Source: a phage. Taken from it: 64,000 nucleotides of DNA. The stretch lies in NCBI GenBank assembly GCA_019338205.1, contig GCA_019338205.1_4761.1; one strand, written 5' to 3'. The notes below the pieces were generated by a model. The model worked only from the letters and a program-made list of their open reading frames with translations, did no database searches and was not told the DNA's origin. The position numbers were made by a program, and so were the translations under genes. Positions 54,279 through 63,692 of the stretch are shown piece after piece (within the stretch, counting starts at the first letter, position 1; the number at the start of each line of letters is the position of its first letter).

Positions 54279-54308
54279 TATACTGATTTTATTTTGGAGA
54301 TTAATATT

Positions 54309-54686
54309 ATGACTACTTCCGCAAACCTGGCTAAAATTACTGTAGCAGACATTCAGAACAAGAAAACCAGTCTCGAATTTGACCGAGCAATGAACAAGAT
54401 CCGTAAAGCGTGGGTACTACAAATGCCGGAAAGCGAGAAAGCTAAAATGAAGGTTATCCCACAGCAAGCACGCTTTGAACTGTACGCGCATATTGATGAT
54501 ATGGTGCAAAAAGAATGGATCGCGGCAATGCGCAAGTATTACGATGATTCAATTGCTAAAGGTGCTAAAACTATTCGAGGTAAAGATATTCTCGAAAAAG
54601 GTTATCAGATTGACACTGATGAACTGCTGATTGAAGCCGCTAGCGTAGTAGTAACTCGTCTGATCGCAATTGCTGATGGGAAGTGA
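54309..54686 (+). CDS. hypothetical protein, possibly RpbA-like
   Basis: 125 aa between genes 46 and 45 where T4 has rpbA/45.2; no motif support. Confidence 0.35.
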   Translation: MTTSANLAKITVADIQNKKTSLEFDRAMNKIRKAWVLQMPESEKAKMKVIPQQARFELYAHIDDMVQKEWIAAMRKYYDDSIAKGAKTIRGKDILEKGYQIDTDELLIEAASVVVTRLIAIADGK

Positions 54687-54690
54687 TAGA

Positions 54691-55068
54691 ATGAAACGTA
54701 TGAGCTTAAAAGAACAAATGCTATTCATCCTACAAAATAGTAAATTATGTCATATTCCGTTTGACTATATCAAAGATAATGATGTAATGAACTACCGTCA
54801 CAGGATAGAGTGTATTGAGTGGTATTTTGTCCTAGATAAATTTGTTGATGATGTGATTCGTCGTAAACTTGCGTTTGATGTTCGTGGTGATCTGGTATAT
54901 CTCGACGGAAAAAAGACCGCAAAGAATCCTGTTACTGTCTATGCTCTGCAACAATACTTGACAGCTTACATTGGATTGAAGTATACTCACTCATCCGATA
55001 AGGAAGCCGAGAAAAAATTTATCGAAAGAATGCTAAAGATTCAAAATGAGCACGAAGTAAACCCATAA
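54691..55068 (+). CDS. hypothetical protein (125 aa)
   Basis: ORF track frame; ATG 54691. Confidence 0.35.
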   Translation: MKRMSLKEQMLFILQNSKLCHIPFDYIKDNDVMNYRHRIECIEWYFVLDKFVDDVIRRKLAFDVRGDLVYLDGKKTAKNPVTVYALQQYLTAYIGLKYTHSSDKEAEKKFIERMLKIQNEHEVNP

Positions 55069-55098
55069 TTAATTGATTAACATGATAAAGGTGATTTG

Positions 55099-55785
55099 AT
55101 GAAACTGACTAAAGAAACCATTGCTACCCTGAAAAACTTTTCCGCTATTAACCCAGGTATCATCCTGAAAAAAGGAAACGTCCTGATCACCAAAAACATG
55201 ACAAACGTTGTATATGGTGAAGCGACTCTGAATCAAGAACTGGAACACGAAATTGGGATCTATGATCTTAACTCTTTCTTGGGTATTCTGAATCTGGTAG
55301 GCGATGAAGCAGATATTACGGTTGATGACCGCACCGGAAACATTCGTGTGTCTAATGATCGTCTGAAAATTAATTATCCTGGTGCTAGTGCTGCCGCCAT
55401 CGTATCACCGAAAGGCCGAGTTACTCCACCTGCAAGCGATGTAGATTACGAACTGAGCAACGACGATCTGAAACAGCTTATGAAAATGAGCAATCAGCTT
55501 AAAGTGGATCGCCTTGAATTTCTTCCGATTGATGGTCGTCTGATGATCAAAGGCTGGGAAGAGATTGACAAAAATAATCCGAATGAGATGTTTTGTCTTG
55601 ATATGGGCGAATATACCGGAACCGCAGACTTCCATTTCTTTATTCGTAAAGATAACATGAAACTGGTTGCTACTGACTTCGGCGATTACAAACTTAGCTT
55701 CACTCGCCGTAAGGCTGTATGGCTGGCAAGTGAAACCGTATCTTATATGATCGCGTGTGACCTTGACTCCAGCTACACCGACTAA
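55099..55785 (+). CDS. 45: sliding clamp gp45
   Basis: MKLTKETIATLKNFSAINPGIILK matches T4 gp45 N-terminus. Confidence 0.95.
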   Translation: MKLTKETIATLKNFSAINPGIILKKGNVLITKNMTNVVYGEATLNQELEHEIGIYDLNSFLGILNLVGDEADITVDDRTGNIRVSNDRLKINYPGASAAAIVSPKGRVTPPASDVDYELSNDDLKQLMKMSNQLKVDRLEFLPIDGRLMIKGWEEIDKNNPNEMFCLDMGEYTGTADFHFFIRKDNMKLVATDFGDYKLSFTRRKAVWLASETVSYMIACDLDSSYTD

Positions 55786-55797
55786 TATAATGATTGT

Positions 55798-55817
55798 GGG
55801 GAGTGTAAATACTCCCC
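55798..55817 (+). other. stem-loop between genes 45 and 44 (ggggagt-gtaaat-actcccc)
   Basis: perfect 7-bp stem, weak GTTTT tail; same gggagt/actccc arms as promoter cassette hairpins. Confidence 0.4.
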
Positions 55818-55850
55818 GTTTTAATGATGTAATTTGTGAGAGGTGATTAT

Positions 55851-56825
55851 ATGCTGAGTGTTAATGAAAATGAGTTTCAGTGGGAACAGAAATACCGTCC
55901 GAAATCAATTTCTGAATGTATTCTGCCGGAAGCAGATAAAAAGATCTTCGCGCAGATTGTTAAGCAAGGCCGAATCCCTTCTATGATCCTGCATAGCCCA
56001 TCGCCAGGTACTGGTAAAACAACCGTTGCTAAGGCGCTTTGCGAAGATGTGGGTGTTGATTATCTGTTTGTTAACGGCGCAGATTGTAAGATTGATTTTA
56101 TCCGCGATGAGATTACACGCTTTGCGCAGAGTGTATCACTCGATGAAGAAAAAAGAGAAAAAGGCAAAGTTGTTATTATCGATGAGTATGACCGAGCGGG
56201 GCTAGCTGATGCTCAAAGACACTTGCGTAGTTTCTCTGAGGCATACTCAAACAACGTGACATTCATTATCACAGCAAACGATCTAGAAGGTATTATCCCA
56301 GCGTTACGATCTCGATTTGACCCCATCACGTTTGGATCTCCGACTAAAGATGATCAGCTTCGCATGATGAAAGAAATGATCGTCCGGTGTAAAGCAATTC
56401 TTGATAAAGAAGGTGTACCAGTAGAAGAAATGCGCGTATTAGCGGAATTGGTTAAGCAGAACTTCCCAGACTTCCGGCGCGTAATGAAACTTTTGGACCG
56501 CTACGCTAAACACGGTAAAATTGATGCTGGCGTATTGAGTATGGTTATCGAAAGTAGCAATACCGAAGTAACCGATGTGGTGGAAGCACTTAAAACTAAA
56601 CAGTTTGCTAATGTGCGTAAACTTGCACCACGCTATACCAATACATACGCTCAATTTGTCAAGAAACTTTATAATGAGTTGTATACTCAAGTTAAGCCAG
56701 CTTCTATTATTCGTCTGACCGAGATTATCGGTGAAAATAATCAGATGTTTGCGCACGCGGCTGATAAAGAGATTCACATTGTCTTTTTGTTAATGCAATT
56801 AATGGTTGAATTGGAGTTCGTATAA
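55851..56825 (+). CDS. 44: clamp loader large subunit gp44 (AAA+)
   Basis: Walker A PSPGTGKTT, Walker B VIIIDEYD. Confidence 0.95.
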   Translation: MLSVNENEFQWEQKYRPKSISECILPEADKKIFAQIVKQGRIPSMILHSPSPGTGKTTVAKALCEDVGVDYLFVNGADCKIDFIRDEITRFAQSVSLDEEKREKGKVVIIDEYDRAGLADAQRHLRSFSEAYSNNVTFIITANDLEGIIPALRSRFDPITFGSPTKDDQLRMMKEMIVRCKAILDKEGVPVEEMRVLAELVKQNFPDFRRVMKLLDRYAKHGKIDAGVLSMVIESSNTEVTDVVEALKTKQFANVRKLAPRYTNTYAQFVKKLYNELYTQVKPASIIRLTEIIGENNQMFAHAADKEIHIVFLLMQLMVELEFV

Positions 56826-57403
56826 TGTTAGGTCAATTTTTCGGTGAAGATGATACACAATTAAACGAGCATGAAATTGCATGGCGCTCTCGTGATTGGG
56901 AAAAGGTGTCTGAATTAGCGGATACATTCACCGAGAAAACCGACAATGCATTATTTGCTCTGATGGATCATATCACCTTAGATAAACAGCGCGTTAATGT
57001 TGGGAACAATTCTGCATACAATCAGAGATGGATTAATACCGCTCTTTCCCAGCACGCAGATTGTCTATATAGCGCGTATGTGATGAATTTAATCGGTCAT
57101 GGCCTCCCAGATCAAATGCATTTTGATTATCTCTTACAGAGTATTTCTAAGGGGAAACGATACGGTAAATGGGCTAAAATAACAGAAGAATTGGACCAAA
57201 AATTGGTTTTAATGGCAGTGGCGAAAGCATATTGTGTAAATATGGATGACGCCCGGTTTTATCTCGATTTGGCTAATGAAAAGGGATATATGGACAAGTT
57301 ATTGAAGCACATTAAACCGTATGCGACCGATGAACTTTTGGCGGGTGTTACTAAGAATCAGACAGAAAGGAAACGACTTAAAAAGATTATAGAAAGGTGG
57401 TAA
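56825..57403 (+). CDS. 62: clamp loader small subunit gp62
   Basis: 192 aa directly after gene 44 with ATGA-type coupling. Confidence 0.85.
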   Translation: MLGQFFGEDDTQLNEHEIAWRSRDWEKVSELADTFTEKTDNALFALMDHITLDKQRVNVGNNSAYNQRWINTALSQHADCLYSAYVMNLIGHGLPDQMHFDYLLQSISKGKRYGKWAKITEELDQKLVLMAVAKAYCVNMDDARFYLDLANEKGYMDKLLKHIKPYATDELLAGVTKNQTERKRLKKIIERW

Positions 57404-57404
57404 A

Positions 57405-57767
57405 ATGATTGAAATTAATTTGATTAGTCCTGAAAACTTCCTTAAAATTAAGGAAACTTTAACCCGCTGCGGCATTGCCAACAATCGTGACAAGACACTG
57501 TATCAGTCTTGTCATATTCTCCAGAAGAAAGGGCGCTATTACATCGTTCATTTCAAGGAGTTGTTGAAATTAGATGGTCGTAGTGTTAAAATGACGTGGG
57601 AAGATGAATTGCGCCGTAATAACATTGCAAAACTTCTTGCGCAGTGGAATCTATGCACCCTGATTGATAGTGATTTTGAAACTACCGAAGTTAATAATTT
57701 CCGTGTACTGTCTTTTAAACAGAAAGAAGAGTGGACGCTGATCGAGAAATATCAGATCGGGCGATAA
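57405..57767 (+). CDS. regA: translational repressor RegA
   Basis: MIEINLISPENFLKIKETLTRCGIANNRDKTLYQSCHILQKKGRYYIVHFKE close to T4 RegA. Confidence 0.95.
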   Translation: MIEINLISPENFLKIKETLTRCGIANNRDKTLYQSCHILQKKGRYYIVHFKELLKLDGRSVKMTWEDELRRNNIAKLLAQWNLCTLIDSDFETTEVNNFRVLSFKQKEEWTLIEKYQIGR

Positions 57768-57788
57768 GATACTGATGGGATAGGGGTA

Positions 57789-57817
57789 TTGACAAACTAA
57801 GTCGATTCCCCTATAAT
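57789..57817 (+). promoter_or_regulatory. sigma70-like promoter TTGACA-N17-TATAAT upstream of gene 43
   Basis: TTGACA 57789-57794, TATAAT 57812-57817. Confidence 0.55.
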
Positions 57818-57849
57818 GAGTGTCTTTCGTAAGTGAAGGAGTTTATATT

Positions 57850-60528
57850 ATGTATTTTCTGTCATGTGAGCGAGTAGGTGATAAGATCTACGAGCGTTAT
57901 ATTGATTATGCTGGACAAGAACAAGAGCGTTACGTTGAATATACGCCAACATTATTTCATCATGCCGCGCCTGGTATGGTTACGAATTATAAAGATATCT
58001 ATGGCAAGCCTTGCATTGCTAAAAAATTCCCATCTATGAACGAGGCCAACAAATGGCGTAAAAAGATGGGAGAAATGGGGCAAGAGGCACTAGGGATGGA
58101 TGATTTTATCATCTCCTATCTGTCCGATACATATAAAGGCGAGATTCGATATGACCGAAATAAAATCCGTGTAGCGTGGGTTGATATTGAGGTCACTGCC
58201 CCAGAATTTCCTAAACCAGAAGAAGCGAAATATCCTATCGATGCAATTACGCATTATGATTCCGTACATGATCGTTTCTTTGTATTTGATTTGAAAGGAA
58301 AAAACGGTGAAATCTGGGAAGCAAGCAAGTCTATTCTTCGACCTGATATTGTGGAGCGCGTTGTTTATAACGTTTATGACACAGAAGATGAATTGCTGTT
58401 AGAATACATCCGATTCTTTGAGGAAAACCGACCCGTTGGTTTCACTGGCTGGAACACAGAAACATTCGATATTCCATATATCATTAAGCGTATCAGCAAT
58501 AAGTTTGGAAGTCGAACGGCAAACCGTTTAAGCCCGTGCGGTAAGATTAAATCCCGAATCTCACAGGATGATTTTGGCAACGAGCGTGAAGCATTTACGA
58601 TCATGGGGATCGAAAGCCTTGATTATATTGACCTGTACAAGAAATTTAGCTTTACGACTCAACCAACATATGCGTTAGATTATGTTGCTGAATATGAGAC
58701 AGGAATCGGTAAGGTTGATTATGATGGTCCGTTAAAGAAATTGCGTGATGACAATCATCAACTTTACATCGATTATAACATCGGCGACGTTGATCGTGTG
58801 CTGGCGATTGATAAAAAGCGTGGATTTATCGATCTTGTGTATAGTCTATGTTTCTATGCAAAGATTAAATTTAACCATGTTTATAACCCGATGAAAGTAT
58901 GGGATGCTATCATCTTCGGATCTCTGAAAGCTGAGGGTAAAGTAGTACCGGAAAATAAGATACAGCCTAAGCAGACTTATCCGGGCGCATTCGTAAAAGA
59001 ACCTGTGCCGAATGCTTACCGTTGGATGATGAGCTTTGACTTAACAAGTCTGTACCCATCTATTATTCGACAGGTTAATATTTCTCCTGAAACAATCGCT
59101 GGATCTTTTGATGCTGCACCGATGCACGAGTATATCAATAAAACTGCACCACGTCCGAGTGATGAGTATTCTTGCTCGCCTAACGGATGGATGTATAGAA
59201 AAGATATTCATGGTATCGTACCGATTGAGATTAAAAAGGTATTCGATCAGCGTAAGCAGTACAAAAACATGATGTTGGCATGTGATCGCAATGCTGAACT
59301 ATGTAAAGCGATTCTACACGATGAAAATCATGTTTATGGGGGAACCATTAGCTATAGCGTTGAAGTGCGTCACGACTTTGATGAAGCGTTTAAATCGATG
59401 CTTTCTGAATTAAGTAAAGATGCCTTAGAGAAATTGCTGGAAGAATGTAAAGACGAGTCGATCTTGTGCAATACAAACCAGCTTTCTCGAAAAGTTTTGA
59501 TTAACTCCCTTTATGGTGCGTTGGGGAATCCTAAATTCCGTTTTTATGATCTCCGTAACGCTAGTGCGATCACCTTGTTTGGTCAGCTTGCAATTCAGTG
59601 GATTGAGCGTAAGATTAACGAATACTTAAACGAGCTTTGCGGAACAACCGATTTTGCATATGTTCGTTATTGTGATACTGACTCCGTTTATGTGCTGGTT
59701 AACAATGTTGTTGATAAGGTTGGCGGGGAAGACCGTTTCGACGATACCGAAAAACTTGTTGACTTCCTTGATAATTTCGGTAAACATCGAATGGAACCGA
59801 TTATCGACAAAGGATATCGCGAGTTATGCGAGTACATGAACAACTACGAGCACTTGATGTTTATGGACCGCGAGGCAATTGCTGGTCCTCCGTTGAAATC
59901 TGCGGGTATCGGTGGATTCTGGACTGGTAAAAAGCGTTATGCTCTTAATGTTTGGGATATGGAAGGAACGCGCTTTGCTGAACCTAAGCTAAAAATCATG
60001 GGCTTGGAAACGCAACGTAGCTCTACACCTAAAGCATGTCAGAAATCACTGAAAGAATGTATTCGCCGTATGTTGCAGGAAGGGGAAGAATCGCTACAGA
60101 AATACTACGGTATTTTTGAGCAAGAATTTAGAAAACTTGACTATCTTGAGGTTGCTGCGGTATCATCTGCAAACAACCTACAGAAATACAGCGATTCAAA
60201 CGGGTATCCGATTAAGGGTTGTCCGTATGCGGTTAAGAGTGTATTGTGTTATAATCGTAATGCTCGAAAATTCGGACTAGATCCGATTCGTGAAGGCGAG
60301 AAGGTTATGATTGTACCGCTTAAAGATCGAAATCCGTTTGGAGAAATCTGTTTTGGTTGGTTGTCTGGTACTCGTATTCCTCCAGAAATTGAATCAGAGG
60401 TGTTGAAGTGGTTGGACTGGCCTTTGTTGTTTAATAAGACTTTCGTCAAACCACTGGAGAACATTACCACGGCTGCAAAGCTGCAATATGAAAAGGTGGC
60501 ATCGCTCACGGACCTGTTTGACATTTAA
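57850..60528 (+). CDS. 43: DNA polymerase gp43 (family B)
   Basis: N-terminus and exo/pol motifs (FDIEV, YNIGDVD, SLYPSII, YCDTDS) align with T4 gp43; SD AAGGAG. Confidence 0.97.
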   Translation: MYFLSCERVGDKIYERYIDYAGQEQERYVEYTPTLFHHAAPGMVTNYKDIYGKPCIAKKFPSMNEANKWRKKMGEMGQEALGMDDFIISYLSDTYKGEIRYDRNKIRVAWVDIEVTAPEFPKPEEAKYPIDAITHYDSVHDRFFVFDLKGKNGEIWEASKSILRPDIVERVVYNVYDTEDELLLEYIRFFEENRPVGFTGWNTETFDIPYIIKRISNKFGSRTANRLSPCGKIKSRISQDDFGNEREAFTIMGIESLDYIDLYKKFSFTTQPTYALDYVAEYETGIGKVDYDGPLKKLRDDNHQLYIDYNIGDVDRVLAIDKKRGFIDLVYSLCFYAKIKFNHVYNPMKVWDAIIFGSLKAEGKVVPENKIQPKQTYPGAFVKEPVPNAYRWMMSFDLTSLYPSIIRQVNISPETIAGSFDAAPMHEYINKTAPRPSDEYSCSPNGWMYRKDIHGIVPIEIKKVFDQRKQYKNMMLACDRNAELCKAILHDENHVYGGTISYSVEVRHDFDEAFKSMLSELSKDALEKLLEECKDESILCNTNQLSRKVLINSLYGALGNPKFRFYDLRNASAITLFGQLAIQWIERKINEYLNELCGTTDFAYVRYCDTDSVYVLVNNVVDKVGGEDRFDDTEKLVDFLDNFGKHRMEPIIDKGYRELCEYMNNYEHLMFMDREAIAGPPLKSAGIGGFWTGKKRYALNVWDMEGTRFAEPKLKIMGLETQRSSTPKACQKSLKECIRRMLQEGEESLQKYYGIFEQEFRKLDYLEVAAVSSANNLQKYSDSNGYPIKGCPYAVKSVLCYNRNARKFGLDPIREGEKVMIVPLKDRNPFGEICFGWLSGTRIPPEIESEVLKWLDWPLLFNKTFVKPLENITTAAKLQYEKVASLTDLFDI

Positions 60529-60545
60529 GATAAAGTGTGTATAAT
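60518..60545 (+). promoter_or_regulatory. sigma70-like promoter TTGACA-N16-TATAAT overlapping gene 43 stop
   Basis: TTGACA 60518-60523, TATAAT 60540-60545, followed by short hairpin. Confidence 0.5.
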
Positions 60546-60589
60546 GGCGGGTGTTGGGTTACGATACCCACCAATGTGAGAAATATATT

Positions 60590-60778
60590 ATGAGAGACAT
60601 TGAAAAGATTAAACGTGAACGTGAGGAAGGCATAGAGCATTTCAAGAAAGTTCACGGAAATCACAGCAACGAAGTATTTGTGACGATCAATGTTGATGCG
60701 ATGAAAAAGTTAATTCAAGAGCACTACAAAGATCGAATAACAATGAAGCAATTAAAGTATTACGGATTAACTGAATAG
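60590..60778 (+). CDS. hypothetical small protein (62 aa)
   Basis: ORF track frame; ATG 60590. Confidence 0.4.
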   Translation: MRDIEKIKREREEGIEHFKKVHGNHSNEVFVTINVDAMKKLIQEHYKDRITMKQLKYYGLTE

Positions 60779-60789
60779 AGGTATTAATA

Positions 60790-61860
60790 ATGTCTGTACT
60801 GGAAAAACTGAAAAAGAACTCTACCCTGAAAACTACTGCGGTACTGTCTAAATCCAGCTTCTTTAACGAAAAAACAAATACTCGCACTAAGATCCCGATG
60901 CTGAATATTGCGTTTTCAGGTGATCTTAAAAAGGGCTTTCAATCTGGTCTGATTTTCTTTGCTGGTCCGTCTAAGCACTTTAAATCAAACATGGGATTAA
61001 CTTGTGTTAGTGCATACATGAAACAGAATCCTGATGCGGCGTGTTTGTTCTTTGATTCTGAGTTCGGTATTACACCCGCTTATCTTGAATCTATGGGTGT
61101 AGATCCTGATCGCGTGGTGCATGTTCCAATCAAGAACATCGAAGAACTTAAATTTGAAATCATGAACCAGCTTGAGCAAATTACCCGTGAAGATAAAGTG
61201 ATCATCTTTATTGACTCAATCGGTAACTTAGCAAGTAAAAAAGAAGTTGAAGACGCGATTAATGAGAAATCCGCACAGGATATGACGCGAGCGAAAGCAC
61301 TTAAAGGCTTGTTCCGTATGGTTACGCCGTATCTGACTATGAATGATATCCCGTGCATCGCTATTAACCACACTTACGAAACGCAAGAAATGTTTAGTAA
61401 GACCGTTATGTCCGGCGGTACGGGCGCGATGTATTCAGCCAATGAAGTTTTCATTATTGGTCGTCGTCAGCAGAAAGAAGGAACCGAAATTACTGGTTAT
61501 GATTTTATCCTGAATGCGGAAAAATCACGAACCGTTAAAGAAAAATCGAAGTTCCCGATTAGCGTAACATTTAGCGGTGGCATCGATCCTTATTCTGGCT
61601 TGCTGGAATTGGCTGTAGAGTTAGGTTGGGTAGTGAAACCGTCAAACGGCTGGTATTCTCGTTCCATCCTGAATACTGAGACCGGAGAGATGGAAACCGA
61701 AGAACGCAAGTTCCGTGCTAAAGAAACCAATAGCATTGAGTTCTGGAAACCACTTCTGACAAACGATAAGTTTAACGAAGCAATCAACGATCATTATAAG
61801 CTGGGGCAAGTGATCAGCGACGAAGCAGTTGACAAAGAAATCGAAGATATGTTAGCATAA
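60790..61860 (+). CDS. uvsX: RecA-like recombinase UvsX
   Basis: FFNEKTNTRTKIPMLNIAFSG...GPSKHFKSN...CIAINHTYETQEMFSKTVM aligns with T4 UvsX. Confidence 0.97.
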   Translation: MSVLEKLKKNSTLKTTAVLSKSSFFNEKTNTRTKIPMLNIAFSGDLKKGFQSGLIFFAGPSKHFKSNMGLTCVSAYMKQNPDAACLFFDSEFGITPAYLESMGVDPDRVVHVPIKNIEELKFEIMNQLEQITREDKVIIFIDSIGNLASKKEVEDAINEKSAQDMTRAKALKGLFRMVTPYLTMNDIPCIAINHTYETQEMFSKTVMSGGTGAMYSANEVFIIGRRQQKEGTEITGYDFILNAEKSRTVKEKSKFPISVTFSGGIDPYSGLLELAVELGWVVKPSNGWYSRSILNTETGEMETEERKFRAKETNSIEFWKPLLTNDKFNEAINDHYKLGQVISDEAVDKEIEDMLA

Positions 61861-61915
61861 CAATGGTAGTAAAGGGGCTACGTGCCCCTTTTTCATATCT
61901 AGAGAGGATTATATT

Positions 61916-62233
61916 ATGGATAAGAAACCAACAAGTTTAGAAGAAGCACACAGCTTGATTCAAGAAGCAATGAAGACAGTTATTCAGGAATTGATAATTG
62001 TTGATGAAGAGGGAGAACATCATATTGTCTATATTCATAATGTTGAATACGATCCAGACACTAAAGGTATTATGGTCGACTACTCCACGCCGTCAGATCG
62101 TGATGTGGTATATCCACACGTCATTAAGGCGTTAACCGCGCAGATCAAAGAAGCAGAAGAAAAGTTGAAAAAAGAAACTTTCTGGTATAAACTCAAGACC
62201 TTTGTTATGCGTGTAGTTGGGGGCTATGTATGA
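61916..62233 (+). CDS. 40: gp40-like head vertex assembly chaperone
   Basis: 105 aa between uvsX and gene 41 as in T4; hydrophobic C-terminus. Confidence 0.45.
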   Translation: MDKKPTSLEEAHSLIQEAMKTVIQELIIVDEEGEHHIVYIHNVEYDPDTKGIMVDYSTPSDRDVVYPHVIKALTAQIKEAEEKLKKETFWYKLKTFVMRVVGGYV

Positions 62234-63642
62234 TTAAAACTATCTTTTCACAGTTGATTTACAATGGCGCATTCTTTACGAATGTATGGCCTCACCTTAA
62301 AGCGGACTACTTCACCGAAGACGAAGAAAAACTGATTTATAAGCTGATTAAAAAGCACGTAGACGAATATTCCAATATTCCTACGCCAACTGCATTACAG
62401 ATTGCTTTAGACAAGGAGAGAGGCAATCAGACAACATATGAAGGGGCTAAAACTCTTCTTGATTCGCTTGAGAATACACCGGAAGACCTTGATTGGTTAA
62501 TGAAGGAAACCGAAAAATTTATTCGTGACCGCGCTATGTATAATGCAATGTCACGGGCGCTAGAGATTCAGGCGAACGCACAACTACCAAAAGAGAAACA
62601 GAATAAGAAATTGCCGAGTGAGGGTGCTATCCCTGAGATCATGCAGGAAGCACTATCCATTACGTTTGATTCTGATGTAGGTCATGACTGGTTTAATGAC
62701 TTTGAAAAACGATTCTTGCTATATCAGACTAAGGCGAATAAGATCCCGTTTAAGCTGCCGATGTTGAATAAAATCACGAAAGGAGGGGCGGAAAGAAAAA
62801 CGCTAAATGTGTTGCTTGCTGGTGTAAACGTTGGTAAATCGCTTGGCTTGTGTTCTCTTGCTGCGGATTATATGGAATGTGGTTATGATGTATTGTATAT
62901 CTCAATGGAGATGGCAGAGCATGTCGTAGCCAAACGTATCGACGCAAACTTGCTTGACATTACATTAGATGAATTGGATAATGGTAATGTTTCTTTTGCG
63001 GAATATTCCGCACGTATGAAGCGTGTTAAGAATAAGAAGATCGGGGATCGTCCGGTTGGAAAATTGATGATCAAGCAGTATCCGACTGGTGGCGCAAACT
63101 CCAATCACTTTGAGGCGTTAATGAATGAATTGCGACTCAAGAAACAGTTTAAACCTGATGTTGTGATTGTTGACTATCTGGGGATTTGCGCATCGTCTCG
63201 CTTGCGTGTATACTCTGAAAATAGTTACACACTAGTTAAGGCGATTGCGGAAGAACTGCGAGGATTTTTTGTTAAGTGGGATGTTGTTGGTTGGACTGCG
63301 GCACAGACTACCCGCGAGGGTTGGGATGCTTCCGACCTTAACATGAGTGATACCGCTGAATCAGCAGGTCTTCCGGCTACTGCCGACTTTATGTTGGGTG
63401 TTATCGAAACCGAAGACCTGGCTAAAATGGGCGTCCAACTCATGAAGCAGATCAAGTCTCGTTACGGTGATAAGAACTATTATTCACGGTTTAACGTTGG
63501 TGTGAAGAAAGGCAATCAGCGTTGGTATGAAGTACCAAACCAGATCGCAGATCAGGAGAATGCACAAGTTAAACCACAAAGCGCACAGCAAGCCGAGAAA
63601 CGAGAAAAACTCGACGAGCTAGCAAATAACATGACTTTCTAA
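62230..63642 (+). CDS. 41: replicative DNA helicase gp41 (DnaB-like)
   Basis: Walker A GVNVGKSLG, Walker B VVIVDYLG; 470 aa versus T4 475. Confidence 0.95.
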   Translation: MIKTIFSQLIYNGAFFTNVWPHLKADYFTEDEEKLIYKLIKKHVDEYSNIPTPTALQIALDKERGNQTTYEGAKTLLDSLENTPEDLDWLMKETEKFIRDRAMYNAMSRALEIQANAQLPKEKQNKKLPSEGAIPEIMQEALSITFDSDVGHDWFNDFEKRFLLYQTKANKIPFKLPMLNKITKGGAERKTLNVLLAGVNVGKSLGLCSLAADYMECGYDVLYISMEMAEHVVAKRIDANLLDITLDELDNGNVSFAEYSARMKRVKNKKIGDRPVGKLMIKQYPTGGANSNHFEALMNELRLKKQFKPDVVIVDYLGICASSRLRVYSENSYTLVKAIAEELRGFFVKWDVVGWTAAQTTREGWDASDLNMSDTAESAGLPATADFMLGVIETEDLAKMGVQLMKQIKSRYGDKNYYSRFNVGVKKGNQRWYEVPNQIADQENAQVKPQSAQQAEKREKLDELANNMTF

Positions 63643-63648
63643 TAAAAT

Positions 63649-63664
63649 GCGCCCTACGGGGCGC
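63649..63664 (+). other. GC hairpin after gene 41 (gcgccc-tacg-gggcgc)
   Basis: perfect 6-bp stem immediately after stop, no U tract. Confidence 0.3.
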
Positions 63665-63692
63665 TGGTGAATGATTTGATAGGAGATATAAC

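Noticed and set aside
15958-60545. CRISPR array suggested by the many direct repeats
   Set aside because: The repeats are 60-70 bp promoter/leader modules separated by 0.2-4 kb of coding sequence, not short uniform repeats with 30-40 bp spacers; no cas genes.
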